DNA from: Azolla caroliniana
Taxonomy: Eukaryota; Plantae; Polypodiophyta
Reading direction: 5' to 3'
NCBI GenBank assembly: GCA_043228905.1
Contig: JBHGNT010000008.1
Location: 12,090,001-12,154,000, forward strand
DNA: 64,000 bases
Position numbers and translations under genes: made by a program. Position 1 is the first letter of the stretch. The number at the start of each line of letters is the position of its first letter. The notes under the pieces were generated by a model. It was not told where the DNA came from and did not search any database. It saw nothing but the letters and a program-made list of their open reading frames with translations. This document shows positions 24,360 to 36,000 of the stretch, in pieces.

Positions 24360-27300
24360 AAACGACGAGTGTAACGAGTCGTTTTGGATTGAGGACCCGG
24401 TTTGTCTGGATATTGGCGATGGAAGTCTTCAAGAAGAGCACGAGCATTGGTGACATTCTCTATCGGTTCTCAAGTACGCTCATTGGGACTATATCCTAGC
24501 CAATCGACTAGATAGTAGAGCTTGTTGCGAACAATCTTGGAATCAAGGATGGAGGCAACCTCGTGTACTCAGGTCCATCTTCAAGCTCGATCGGGGGTGG
24601 AGGTTGTGTAATACGTCCTGGGATGGTGCTCTCTTGATAGGGTTCGAGGAGAGAACTATGAAACACTGGATGTATCCGAAGTTGTGGAGGTAGATCGAGA
24701 CTAAAAGCGACATCATTAATCTTTCCTATAATACGGAAAGGACCTAATCACCGATAATCCAACTTCTCGCATGGGCGAGTAGTCTTGATGTGTCGTCGGA
24801 GTAGCCATACCCGATCTCCAATGTTAAAACTGGATGGGAGTCGATGACGATCCGCATAAACCTTGTGTGTTTGTTGAGCTTGTTGGAGATTAGTAGATAA
24901 ATCCACTTGTATCTTGCGTAACCATTCCAAACGATCCTGTGCACAAGGATTTGTGGACACCTCTGGGGGTGATATCCCGTACAAGCATAAAATGGCGTAC
25001 CTTTACTCGATGCGTGGATAGAGTTATTGTAGGCAAATTTGGCGAAGTGGAGAATATCTACCCAGTCATCCTGATGATAGCGGAGAAAGCACCGCATGTA
25101 TTGCTCCAGCGTTTGATTTGTTCGTTTGGCTTGGCCGTCGGTTTGTGGGTGGTAACCGGAGGAGAGGTTACAAGTGACCTTGAGCATTTTAAAAAGGTTC
25201 TTCTAGAATTTTGACACGAACTGGGGTCCACGGTCGCTGACAATACTATCGGGAAGTCCATGATGCTGACATACTTCACGCATGACAGTTTCGGTGGTGT
25301 CTTCACTAGAGATTTCCTTAGTACATGGCAAAAAATGAGCCATCTTCGTATATCGATCTACCACTGTTAGAATCGCATTGAACCCCTTAGAGACTGGAAG
25401 ATCTGTGATGAAGTCTAGAGCAATGGATTGCCACGGCTTGCTTGGAATTGGTAATGGTTCTAATAAGCCATATGGATGATGCCTTGGCATTTTCGCTCTG
25501 CAGCATGTGTCACAAGTCCGAACAAAATGTTCGACAAATTGTCGCATACGGGGCCACCAGAATGATCGTTGTACTAAATGTAATGTTTTAGTACTACCAA
25601 AATGCCCAGCTATATATGTGTGATGACAGTTTTGTACTACTTGAAGGCGGCAAGAACCATTAGGAACATACAAAAGTTCATTAAAGAAGAGTAATCCATC
25701 ATGGTATTTGAATTGCCGATAGTCCGTACCTGGTGGTTGCGACTGTGAACACGACGCTCGAGAGGGATCAATTTGTGCTAGTATACCTTGGGCGAAAGCA
25801 TCTGTCTTCAGGTCCGCACATATGATATCGATAACGTGGGAATCCATGGGCATGCGAAAGACCTGTGTTGCTTGCAGTCGTGCCGGTCCCAAGATTACTT
25901 GCTTTTGGTTATTGAAAGCTGGCTCGCCGGGACGCGGTGCTAGGTACGAACGCCGTGATAATGCATCTGCTTTCCCTTGATGCTTCCCAGGTCGATACGT
26001 AATCTTGAAGTCGAAACACGTGAGAAAATGGGCCCACCGAGCTTGAGGTCGATTTAACACACGAGCATCTTGAAAATAGGTGAGGTTTTTGTGGTCACTG
26101 AATACAGTGACTTGATGAGAAGATCCCTCTAGAAAATGCCTCCATTGCATAAAAGAGTACACTATAGCCAATAGCTCTTTATCATGAATTTCGTAATTGA
26201 TTTCGGCGACGTCAAACTTGCATGAGTGAAAAGCCATAGGATGTAGCTTTTCATCATTACCTCGTTGTGATAGAATGCTTCATAATGCAAAATCCGATGC
26301 GCCCGCTTCGATGATGAATGGTTTTTCTGGATCAACGTGAGCTAGGATCGGAGCCGATGTAAATGCCTGTTTAAGATTCTCAAAAGCCATGTCTGCTTCT
26401 TCAGACCAAACGAACGATTGTCCCTTCCTAGTAAGTTGTGTAAGAGGCAAAACGAGTTTTGAGTAATCCTTTATAAACTTCGAGTGAAAATTGGCAAAGC
26501 CTAGAAAGCATTGCACATACCGCACCGAACGCGGAGTCTGCCATTCTACCACCGTTTTGACCTTAGCTGGGTCCATGGAGATTCCTTCTGAGGAAATGAC
26601 ATAGCCGAGAAATTCCACCTGGTTGCACCCGAAACTACATTTTTCCAGCTTTGCATAAAGACCATGTTCTCGAAGTCGTTTTAGTACTAACAATACATGA
26701 GAATCATGCTCTTCTTGGGTCTTCGAGTAAACCAGTAGATCATCCAAATAGATGATTAGACACACATCCAAGAGATCTCGGAAAATATCATTTGCCATGT
26801 GCTGGAAGACTGTTGGCGCATTAGTGAGGCCGAACGGCATGACCGTATACTCGAAGTGCCCATATCTGGTGCGGAACGCGGTCTTCCATTCATCTCTTGG
26901 TCGGATTCGTACGGGGTTATAGGCTCCCTATAAGTCGATCTTCGTGAAGAACCTGGCATCATTGATCCGTTCTACAAGACTTGAGATAAGGGGGAGTGCA
27001 TACCTATTTCGGATTGTAACCTTATTCAAGCCACGGTAATCTACAATGAGCCGAAGTGAGCCATCCTTTTTCTTGACGAAGAAAATGGGTGCGCCGGCTG
27101 GAGATTTCGAATGTCGTATGAAACCATTCTCCAAATTCTCCTCTATATAGGCTCGAAGGACTTCTAGTTCGGTTGGTGACAGATTGTAGATCGGTCCCCA
27201 TGGTGGCTCTTTCCCCGGTTGTAAATCAATGGGGCAATCATATGGTCGATGGTGAGGAAGCGTATTGGCTTGTACTTTATCAAACACATCGGCATACTGA

Positions 27301-27900
27301 CGATACTTCTCTTGAAGTGGAACGGTGGATTCCTCTTTAGTGGTGCTGGAGGGTTTTACTAATATTGCGAAGAGGAACATTTCTTCCTTACATCCTTCCT
27401 CACGCAACTGATGTAGTGAAATCGTTGCAATCTCATGAGTAGACCCTCGGGCTTTTCGATGCCGGATTTCTCTTGTCCGCCAATCTATGTCTGGGTTATG
27501 TAATTTGAACCATGGTAATCCTAAGACAATGGGGTGTTCTGGGATGCTAATTATATTAAATGATATGACACATGCTAGATTATCTAGGACAATATTAACG
27601 GGCTCTGACTCTTCTATGATATTTCCTTAGGCAATGGGACGACCATCGACGACTACTACAAGGGCAGGACACGAGAGTTTTCTGAGAGATATCTGATGAG
27701 CTTGGGCAAATTTCCTATCCATGAAGCAAGAATTAGCTCCGAAATCTAGAAGTGCTAAGACATGTATTGGAGGAGTACTTTTAGTACTAACTGTTACTTG
27801 GGCTACGAACACATTGCGAACTTGCTTAGAGGGAATGGAACCACTAATGGGCTGCACAGATCTAGGGCTGTCCAACCAAACGGCTCCTATTTTGGCTGGA
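24360..27900 (-). pseudogene. pol: Chromovirus pol (PR-RT-RH-INT-chromodomain), broken
   Basis: [51 protein letters not shown]-terminal chromodomain EY-EVASILDSKIVRNKLYYLVDWLGYSPNERT*EPIENV at ~24415-24572. Confidence 0.95.
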
Positions 27901-27914
27901 CTTAGTCGTTTAAC
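27862..27914 (-). promoter_or_regulatory. Predicted -1 ribosomal frameshift signal (TTAAAC plus stem/pseudoknot); second copy at 31341-31396
   Basis: G TTA AAC GAC TAA followed by the 11-bp stem GTCCAGCCAAA/TTTGGTTGGAC. The -1 frame runs KRLSPAKIGAVWLDSPRSVQ into the protease ORF. Confidence 0.75.
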
Positions 27915-29044
27915 TCTTCTTCTAACTGACTAAGGACATCAAATTTGTTCGTTAGATTTGGGCTATTAGTACTATTAGGACTATCAGATATCCCTACTGA
28001 AATAGACTCGGGTTTAGTACAATAAGAACTAGGAACTATTTGGTTTACCTGCCTTCTTGGCCTATGGGGACAGTTTACCGCGATATGCCCTGGTCCACCG
28101 CAATAAAGACATAGTCGGTTTGCTCGGCGTCGTTGCTTTTCTTCTTCCGGTAGCGGTCCACGACGACGTGTGGTGTCAATTTCCATCAGAGTTGGAGTAC
28201 TTGCTGGAGGCACATTATATGACTCCCTCGGAAAAGGTTTCGCTACCACTGAGGCATAGGTAGGCTCTGATCTTGCCCTCGGAATCTGGAATTGTTGTTC
28301 CGAACGTCGTTCGAAGAGGCGATTGTAGCATCTCACCGCGCGACTAATTGCTTCTATTAATGACTTTGGCTCTTCGGGGAAGGTCAAGAGTAAATCCTTG
28401 ACATCGTTGCGTAAGCCATAACGGAATTGCTCCATCAATGCGTGATCATCCCAAGGGATATCGGCAGCGAGTAGGCGGAAATCTGCAGCGTATGCGGAAG
28501 CTGGACGATCACCTTGGCATAATCGCCGGATTTTGTTGATTGTAGTCCTTATGCTGTCAGTATCTCCAAAACAGGCCTTAAACTCACTTATAAATTCTTC
28601 AAAATTGTTTAATAATGGAGAATCCTTTTCTAACAATGGAGCAAACCATGCTAACGCTGAGCCACTAAGGAGAGTGCCTATTAGTCCCACTCGTGATGCA
28701 TCGGTGGGATATCGAGAAGGATGCATTTGTATCACTAAACGTACTTGATTCAAAAACCCTCTAAACTGTGATCGGGTCCCATCAAAATTTGCAGGAAGAC
28801 CGATCTTGGGTTCTTTGGGAATCCGTTGAGTGCTTGATCCTTGTTGTTGTAATGATATGATAGTCGCTTCGAGTTGTTGTACACGCAATGTCAACTCCCC
28901 ATGTTGTTGTTGTTTTTCCAGCGTTATTTGTTGAAGATCCCCCAACAAGCGATGATTTTCTTGTTCTAGTGCTACAAATTTCTCTTTTAAGCATTGGAGC
29001 TCCGAGAAAACAGATTGGTATTCCTGAGCGCTAACAGTTTCCAT
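27902..29044 (-). CDS. gag: Chromovirus Gag (PEG10/sushi-like), intact
   Basis: METVSAQEYQ... coiled coil, FDGTRSQFRGFL, QGDRPASAY, PTLMEID, CLYCGGPGHIAVNC. Confidence 0.93.
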   Translation of the reverse strand: METVSAQEYQSVFSELQCLKEKFVALEQENHRLLGDLQQITLEKQQQHGELTLRVQQLEATIISLQQQGSSTQRIPKEPKIGLPANFDGTRSQFRGFLNQVRLVIQMHPSRYPTDASRVGLIGTLLSGSALAWFAPLLEKDSPLLNNFEEFISEFKACFGDTDSIRTTINKIRRLCQGDRPASAYAADFRLLAADIPWDDHALMEQFRYGLRNDVKDLLLTFPEEPKSLIEAISRAVRCYNRLFERRSEQQFQIPRARSEPTYASVVAKPFPRESYNVPPASTPTLMEIDTTRRRGPLPEEEKQRRRANRLCLYCGGPGHIAVNCPHRPRRQVNQIVPSSYCTKPESISVGISDSPNSTNSPNLTNKFDVLSQLEEELND

Positions 29045-29131
29045 TTTACTAGGGAGGATAAGAGGATTAATAAGAAGATAAAAGGAAAAGGAGGAAAGGA
29101 AGAGGAGGAAAGGAAGATCGACCAACAAGCA

Positions 29132-29145
29132 AAATCAGTTCAAAC
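29132..29145 (-). promoter_or_regulatory. Self-priming PBS (complementary to the predicted transcript 5' end at 29350-29361)
   Basis: GTTTGAACTGATTT follows the LTR with no TGG. The LTR carries AAATCGGTTCAA ~33 nt downstream of the TATA box. Confidence 0.8.
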
Positions 29146-29568
29146 TGTCAGGAACAGTACTAAGACAGAGAAGGAATTAGTACTAAAAGAAGTATTAGTA
29201 CTAAGAGAGGTGAAGAACTCTCGAGAGAAGGAAAGAGTGAGTGAGAGGGAGAGAGAGAGAGATCGAGAGAGAAGGACAGTGATGATAAGAAAAGATATAT
29301 ATTATGTGAAGAGAATGTACAGTAGTAGCTAAGAGGCTTAAGACTGGCGTTGAACCGATTTGGTTCGAAATAATGCCGCGTGCCTCCTTTTATAGTGTTC
29401 TAAGGAATACTCTTGAAGTTTCTAGAATGTTCCAGAGAAATCTGGAATATACATCAATTTTCTATAATAAAATATAAATGAAAATAATATTCTACGTATT
29501 ACAATGTATGGTCTAATGGTCAAGAGCTCGACCCATGTAGCATAAGGTCATGGGTTTAAGTTTTGCCA
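29146..29568 (-). repeat. 5' LTR of chromovirus 1, missing ~10 terminal bases
   Basis: Near-identical to 23913-24335; TATAAAA at 29388-29394 (minus strand). Confidence 0.92.
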
Positions 29569-29829
29569 ATTTGAGGTGTTACTTGTCCAAATAGACCATA
29601 GGCCATCTTCATAATTTTCTAGGAAAATAGCTAACAATCATATCCCACTAATCAGTAATTAGTAGTAATTAGCTCCACTTCAAGAGCCCATTGATCGAGT
29701 ATTTGGTCTTGTACTCGATCGTGGCCCCTTCTTCAGCCTTTTAATGGCCGGTTGCCCATTTAGCCTTTGCTTCTTTAACCCATTGCGCAAGTGTGTCCTC
29801 CTCCGACAACCTTTCCATCGCCTCAGTAG

Positions 29830-30458
29830 TGTCATGATATGGCAAGACTCGAACCCATGACCTTATGTTACATGGGTTAAGCTCTTAACCATTAGACTAT
29901 ATGTTGTAATATGATGAATATTATTTTCATTTAGGTTTTACTATAGAAAATTGACATGTATATTCCAGATTTCTCTGGAACATTCTAGAAACTTCAGGAG
30001 TACTCCCAAGAACACTATAAAAGGAGGCACAAGGCATTATTTTGAACCAAATTTGTTCAACGCCAGTCTTAAGCCTCCTAACTACTATTGTATATTCCCT
30101 TAAAATAATATATATCTTTTGTTATCCTCATTCTCTGTCTGTCTGTCTGTCTCTCTCTCTCTCCTTCTTTTGAGAGTTCAACACCTCCCTTAGTACTAAT
30201 CCCCATCATTTAGTACTAATTCCTTCTCTGTTTTAGTACCGTTCTTGATAGTACTTCTCTGTCTTAGTATTGCTCCTGACAGTTTGAACCGATTTCTCTC
30301 TCCTTCCTTTATCTTCTTACTTCTACCTCCCTTCATACTAATCTCTTATTCCTCTTTTCTCTCATACTATGACCATTTTCTCTGAAATATCAATCCGTTT
30401 TCTCAGAGCTGCAATGCTTGAAAGAGAAGTTCCTTGCTTTGGAACAAGAAAATCAACG
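29830..30458 (+). mobile_element. Chromovirus copy 2: 5' LTR (29830-30281), self-priming PBS and start of gag; truncated
   Basis: Reverse-complement LTR TGTCATG...CCTGACA, then GTTTGAACCGATTT, then [24 protein letters not shown] codons. Confidence 0.9.
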
Positions 30459-33049
30459 TGATATAAGAGGAAGTGCATACCTATTCCGGATGGTGACTTT
30501 ATTCAATCCGCGGGAATCAACGACGAGACGAAGTGAGCCATCTTTCTTCTTGACAAAGAAGATGGGTGCACCAGCCGGAGATTTCGAATGACGGATGAAC
30601 CCGGTTGCCAAGTTTTCCTCTATGTAGGCTCGAAGGACTTCTAACTCGGTGGGTGACAAGTTGTAAATTGGTCCCCATGGTGGCTCGGTTCCTGGTTGTA
30701 AGTCGATGGGACAGTCATAGGGACGGTGATGAGGAAGGGGGTACCGGCTTTTACCTTGTCAAATACATCGGCATAAGGATGATATTTTGCCGGAAGTTGT
30801 ACTGAGGAGTCCTTCTTAATAGTGCTGGAAGGATGTACTGATATTGCAAATAGGAACATTGCCTCCTTGGGTCCTTGTTCGCGTAGTTGATGGAGTGAAA
30901 TGGTCGAAACTCGGTGAGTAGAATCTTGGGGTGGTCGATATCGGACTTCTATTGTTCTCCAATCTATGGCTGGATTATGTAATTCAAACCAAGGTAATCC
31001 TAGGACAATGGGATGCTCTGGACTACTAATTATATTAAATGATATTACACACACAAAACTACCTAGGACAACTTGAATGGGTTTTGATTCTTCTACAATA
31101 TTCCCTGAAGCAATGGGACGACCATCAATGACTACTACAGATGCAGGACAAGGAAGTTTTCTTAAGGATATCTGAGAAGCTTGGGCAAAATTTCGATCCA
31201 TGAAACAGGAATTCTCTCCGGAATCTAAAAGGGCTAGGATGGGTACTAGGAGAGTACTTTTAGTACTAACAATGACTTGGGCTAGGAACACATTGCTAAC
31301 TTGCTTGGAAGGAATGGAACCACTAATGGGCTATACAGATCTAGGGTTGTTGTCCAACCAAACGGCTCCTATTTTGGCTAGACTCAATCGTTTAAGTCTT
31401 CATCTAAGTGACTAAGGATTTCAAATTTATTTGAGATACTTGGGCTATTAGTACTATGAATACTATCTGACACTCTATTAGTACTATTAATACTATCAAA
31501 CACTCTGAAGGGAAGAATTGACTCAGGTTTAGTATAGGCGACGATTTGATTTACCTGTCTTCTTGGCCTATGGGGACAATTGATGGCAATATGCCCTGGT
31601 CCACCGCAATAAAGACATAATCGATTGGCACGTCGTCGTTGCTTTTCTTCTTCCGATAACGGGCCACGTCGACGCATGGTGTCGATCTCTATCGGTGTCG
31701 GAATATTGGCTTGAGGTACATCGCGTGCAAACGGTTTAGCCATGACTGAGGCGTATGTGGGTTCCGGGCGAGAGTGTGGTATTTGTAACTAACGTTCCAA
31801 ACGTCGTTCGAAAAGGCGGTTGTCGCATCGGACCGCTCGACTGATTGCCTCCGTAAGAGACTTTGGTTCTTCGGGGAAGGTTAAAAGCAAGTCTTTGACA
31901 TCATTGCGCAAGCCATAGCGAAACTGCTCCATGAGGGCCTGATCATCCCAGGGGATATCTGAGGTGAGTAGACGGAAATCTGCTGCGTAGGCAGAGTCTG
32001 GACGATCGCCTTGACACAATCTTCAAATCTTGTTGATCGTCGTCCTGATGTTGTTGGTATCTGCAAAGCAGGCTTTAAACTCACGAATAAAATCTTCAAA
32101 GTTATTAAGCAAGGGCGATTGTTTTTCTAGAAGCGGAGCAAACCATGCCAAGGCTGAGCCGCTAAGTAGCGTGCCTATTAGGCCGACTCGAGATGCATCA
32201 GTGGGATATCGAGAAGGATACATCTGGATGACTAAACGTACCTGATTAAGGAATCCCCGGAATTGCGATCGTGTTCCATCAAATTTCACAAGAAGTCCAA
32301 TCTTGGGCTCTTTATGAAATCCTTGGGGACTTGATCCTTGTTGTTGCAACGCTACTTCGAGTTGTTGTACCCGTAACGCTAACTCCCCATGTTGTTGTTG
32401 CGTTTGTTGTTTTTCTAGAGCGATTTGTTGCAGATCCCCTATCAACCATTGGTTTTCTTGTTCCAGGGCAACAAACTTTTCTTTTAGGCACTGTAGCTCG
32501 GAGAAAACGGATTGGTATTCTTGGGCGCTAACAGCAGCCATAGTATAGGGAAAAGGGTAGGAGGATGAGGGAAAGTGACAAGTAGGCTGGAGGAGAGAAA
32601 TTGGTTCAAACTGTCAGGAATAGTACTAAAGCAGAGATGGAATTAGTACTAAAGAAGAGCAGTACTATTAGTACTAAGAGGAGGGGACTGTGTAAGATTC
32701 CCGAGAGAGGAAGTGAGAAGAGGAGAGAGAGAGATAGCAAGAATGAGAGAAAGATGATGACAACAGCTAATATATTATGTGAAAAGATAAGTACAAGCGG
32801 CTAAGAGGCTTAAGACTGGCGTTGAACCAATTTGGTTCAAAACAATGCCTTGTGCCTCCTTTTATACTGTTTTTAGGAATCCTCCTGAAGCTTCTAGAAT
32901 GTTCTAGAGAGATCTAGAATATACATCAATTTTCTATGATAAAGTATAAATGAAAATAATATCCTACAAATTACAATTCATAGTCTAATGGTAAAAGCTC
33001 GACCCATGTAGCATAAGGTCATGGGTTCGAGTCTTGCCATATCATGACA
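30459..33049 (-). mobile_element. Chromovirus copy 3: 5' LTR (32612-33049), gag, PR and start of RT; truncated, fused head-to-head with copy 2
   Basis: ORFs 32023-32541, 31789-32019, 31384-31743, 30641-31291 (LLDSG) and 30453-30659; PBS GTTTGAACCAATTT. Confidence 0.92.
32975..33040 (+). promoter_or_regulatory. tRNA-like Pol III cassette in the chromovirus LTR (copies at 24276-24329, 29509-29562 and minus strand 29846-29899)
   Basis: A box TAGTCTAATGG at 32981, AGGTC variable-loop-like motif, B box GGTTCGAGTC at 33024. Confidence 0.7.
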
Positions 33050-36000
33050 CATAGTGTGTTATGGGCATACCATACCAGCTATAAGACCAGCATACAATCA
33101 ACACCGTTCAAGCTAGCATTTGGTCTGGAGGCCGTGATGCCAGTCGAAATTTAGGTACCTAGTCTGCGGATTCATGTACGACCTGGCTACCAAAGGGCAA
33201 ATCCGAACAAGTACGGCTACAGTAACTACTAGAGCTAGGAGAAACAAGGTTACGCAGTATGGTCATATTAGAGTAGGAACAGTGGCGGCACAAAGCATTC
33301 GTGGACTAACACCGGCCTGCGCGTGAAAAAGATTTTATGGTTGGAATCTGGGACCTCACCACCTAACCCGTTCCCTACCGAATAGGACAAAGCCGGAGAA
33401 TCCGCGAAGTAAGTAGACGACCCCACTTGTATTATAGTGTAAAAATAGTATTGTATGTAACCGTTACGAAAAAAAAAAGTAAAAAAGTAAAAAGAAAAAG
33501 AGAATATAGTGACGCTATTAAAAGGACTTAAGGCATGTACAGACTTCTAGGCCAAGAACACGTGGCACCACGATGGCTCACCGACCAATGAACCCTAGGA
33601 CACAAAAAGAAGGAAATAGAAGGTTTTCTGCACAATACAGAAATCAACCTTCTAACTCTCATCGCTCTCATCGCTCCCCTTCCTCACCCTCTTCTCCATC
33701 CTATCATAGAGCTCAAGCTCGCTGCAGCCACCAGTCTTCCCAATTAGCCATGAGCCTATTCCGACTATGTCGATACCCATCTCTAATGCCTTGCGTCAAT
33801 GGCTCGTGGAGAAACGCTTGGATGGGTACATCAGAGTCGTTGAGGCACCTCCACACCCTGACGCACTGAACATCGCTAGGAAGCTCAACATCGACACGGT
33901 CACCAACTCATCCATCCGGAAAAAGCTTGACCTGTCATCACTAGGTGAAAGGCATTTCAAAATCCCTCCTGCAGAATCCCTGCAGAGATATTTCGGTCCA
34001 TATTCGTCATCTGCCAAGCCATATAGAACGAAGGAGATCGCAGATCCGTTTTCCGCGAAATCGCCAAGTTCCTGTTGGAGGTCGGATGCGTACATGTAAA
34101 CGCATATGGGATGCCCAAGCAGAAGGCAGGTATCATCATTGATACCTTTGAAGGGCGTACAGTCGATTGGGGGGTCATTACGGGGCCGATGTTATGGGAA
34201 GGCCTGCATGCGTATCAAGGAGGCAAAAAGCTCAGGCCTATTATACAATAGTATCTGACGATACTATTCCCACCCCGAGGTCTACCGGCACCGCATCACA
34301 GCAAACCCACGTTGCCGCCTCGATCCGCGAAACAAAGGTTAGCGGAGTTATCCACTACAGAGTGGGAGGATGAACCCCAACCCGCCCAGCCGAACACGTG
34401 AATAACACAGGAAGAGCAGACTGAGCGCACCGAGGAAGTGGCATAGGAGCCGGAAGCCAAACCACGACAGGAAAGCCTGAGGCCGAAACGACAGAGACTG
34501 GACAGGAAAGATGGGCGCGGGTTAGTTAAAGACACACTCGTAGCCACGGAGACAAAGACCGTGGGTGACAGCTCCGTAGCTACGGAGCCCAACACCACCT
34601 TCGAAGTAATCCGGGAGCCACGGCCGATCATTATGGCCCAATCACAACAGGGGAAAGCCGTATCGATGGCAGAAATCGAGGTCCTGGCCTATCCGGACAT
34701 TCTGGACACGGCCCATGAGTTCGGCGCACTATTACAGTTTGGAACCACTTTTGAACTCATGGAATTCTTGGCAACGCAACAGATAAAAGTCTCACAATGA
34801 ATGACAGTGGAGCACGCGGAGCATCAAATGATCGAGCGCGCGTTAACACAAACGACGGAAAGCGATGATGAGGATCAGTTAGGCAGAGTCGGCAGGCAGA
34901 GGAACGCCAGTATACGCCGAATGGGGATGGAACTACCCCCATTAAACGCGGCCCTTGTTGAAGTTCATAAGAAACTGGAAAAGGTCAGTATGGGTGCCAA
35001 GGATATGGCGATTAAAAATAAAAATGTCTGGAGAAAGGTTAAACTGACCCAAGCCGAGTTACAAAAGGCCAATGAACGCATCACGGAGTTGGAAAATAAT
35101 GCGACTACAGCACAACAGGCAACTCCACCAACAACCAACGCCGTCGAAGCCCTGAGGGAAGAAATTGAAGCTCAGACCGCCATTGCCTCGAAAGCGAAAC
35201 GGGTCGTGCAAGTGGCGGAATCAGAGATTGATCGTCTCTGCACTGAACTTCGCTAGTCCTCGGACAAAGAAAAGAACATCCGGGCCAACGGCCGAAAGGC
35301 AGTGAAGACCCTTGAAGAGAAACTCGCAGTGGAGACAACACAACACACCCGCACGAAAGAAGAAAATGCCCAATTACGGGAGGAAGCGAAAAAATCGGAA
35401 GCGGCAATCACGGGACTCCGAGCCTTATTGGAGAAGAAGAAAGCATGGTTCAACGAGCAGCTAGTTGGAGAACAGGAGAGGAGGCATTAGCTAGAAATCC
35501 GCCTGAACAATGAAATGGGAAAACTGGAAGAACTACATTCGAAGGAATCTCAGCTCTGGGTAGGAATGAGGAGCACTTATGAGGAAGCGGCGGTGGTTAG
35601 TAACAAGAAATTGCAAACCTCAGGAAATCCGTAGAAGAAGCAGGCAACTGTTACCAAGCCATAACAGACAACGTGCGCATCCTTCTGCAAAAGAATCGGG
35701 AGGGGTTTACGGTGCAATTAAAATCGGCGCTAAACAAAGGATGGAGGTTGTGGGTTGCACAAGCAGCGGAATTGCATACGTACTGAGGCGGACTTGGAGA
35801 ACCGAAGGAAAAACGGCCGAGGGTTCTACAAACTCAATGAGGAAAGCATCGCAGCAGTACTCGAGGACCTAGCGCAGGACTATCGCACACTAGCAGTCCA
35901 ACATTCCGAGGAACTCATGCATCTACTAGATGATTTTGGTGAAAGTCAGGAGGACCTGTTTAAGAAGATCACGCAAGCCGGCAGCACGGAACAAACGAGG

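Larger units (their letters stand above)
23913..29568 (-). mobile_element. Chromovirus (Tf1/sushi/Tcn1-like Ty3/gypsy), near complete; outer end of the 5' LTR truncated
   Basis: LTRs at 23913-24345 and 29146-~29568, PPT at 24346-24360, gag, PR, RT (YLDD), RH, INT (GPF) and chromodomain. Confidence 0.95.

Noticed and set aside
23909-29829. CTAC / GTAG flanks suggesting the 29830 LTR is the inverted partner of the 23913 LTR
   Set aside because: The 29830 LTR is much more diverged than the 29146 LTR; a 4-bp match is likely chance.
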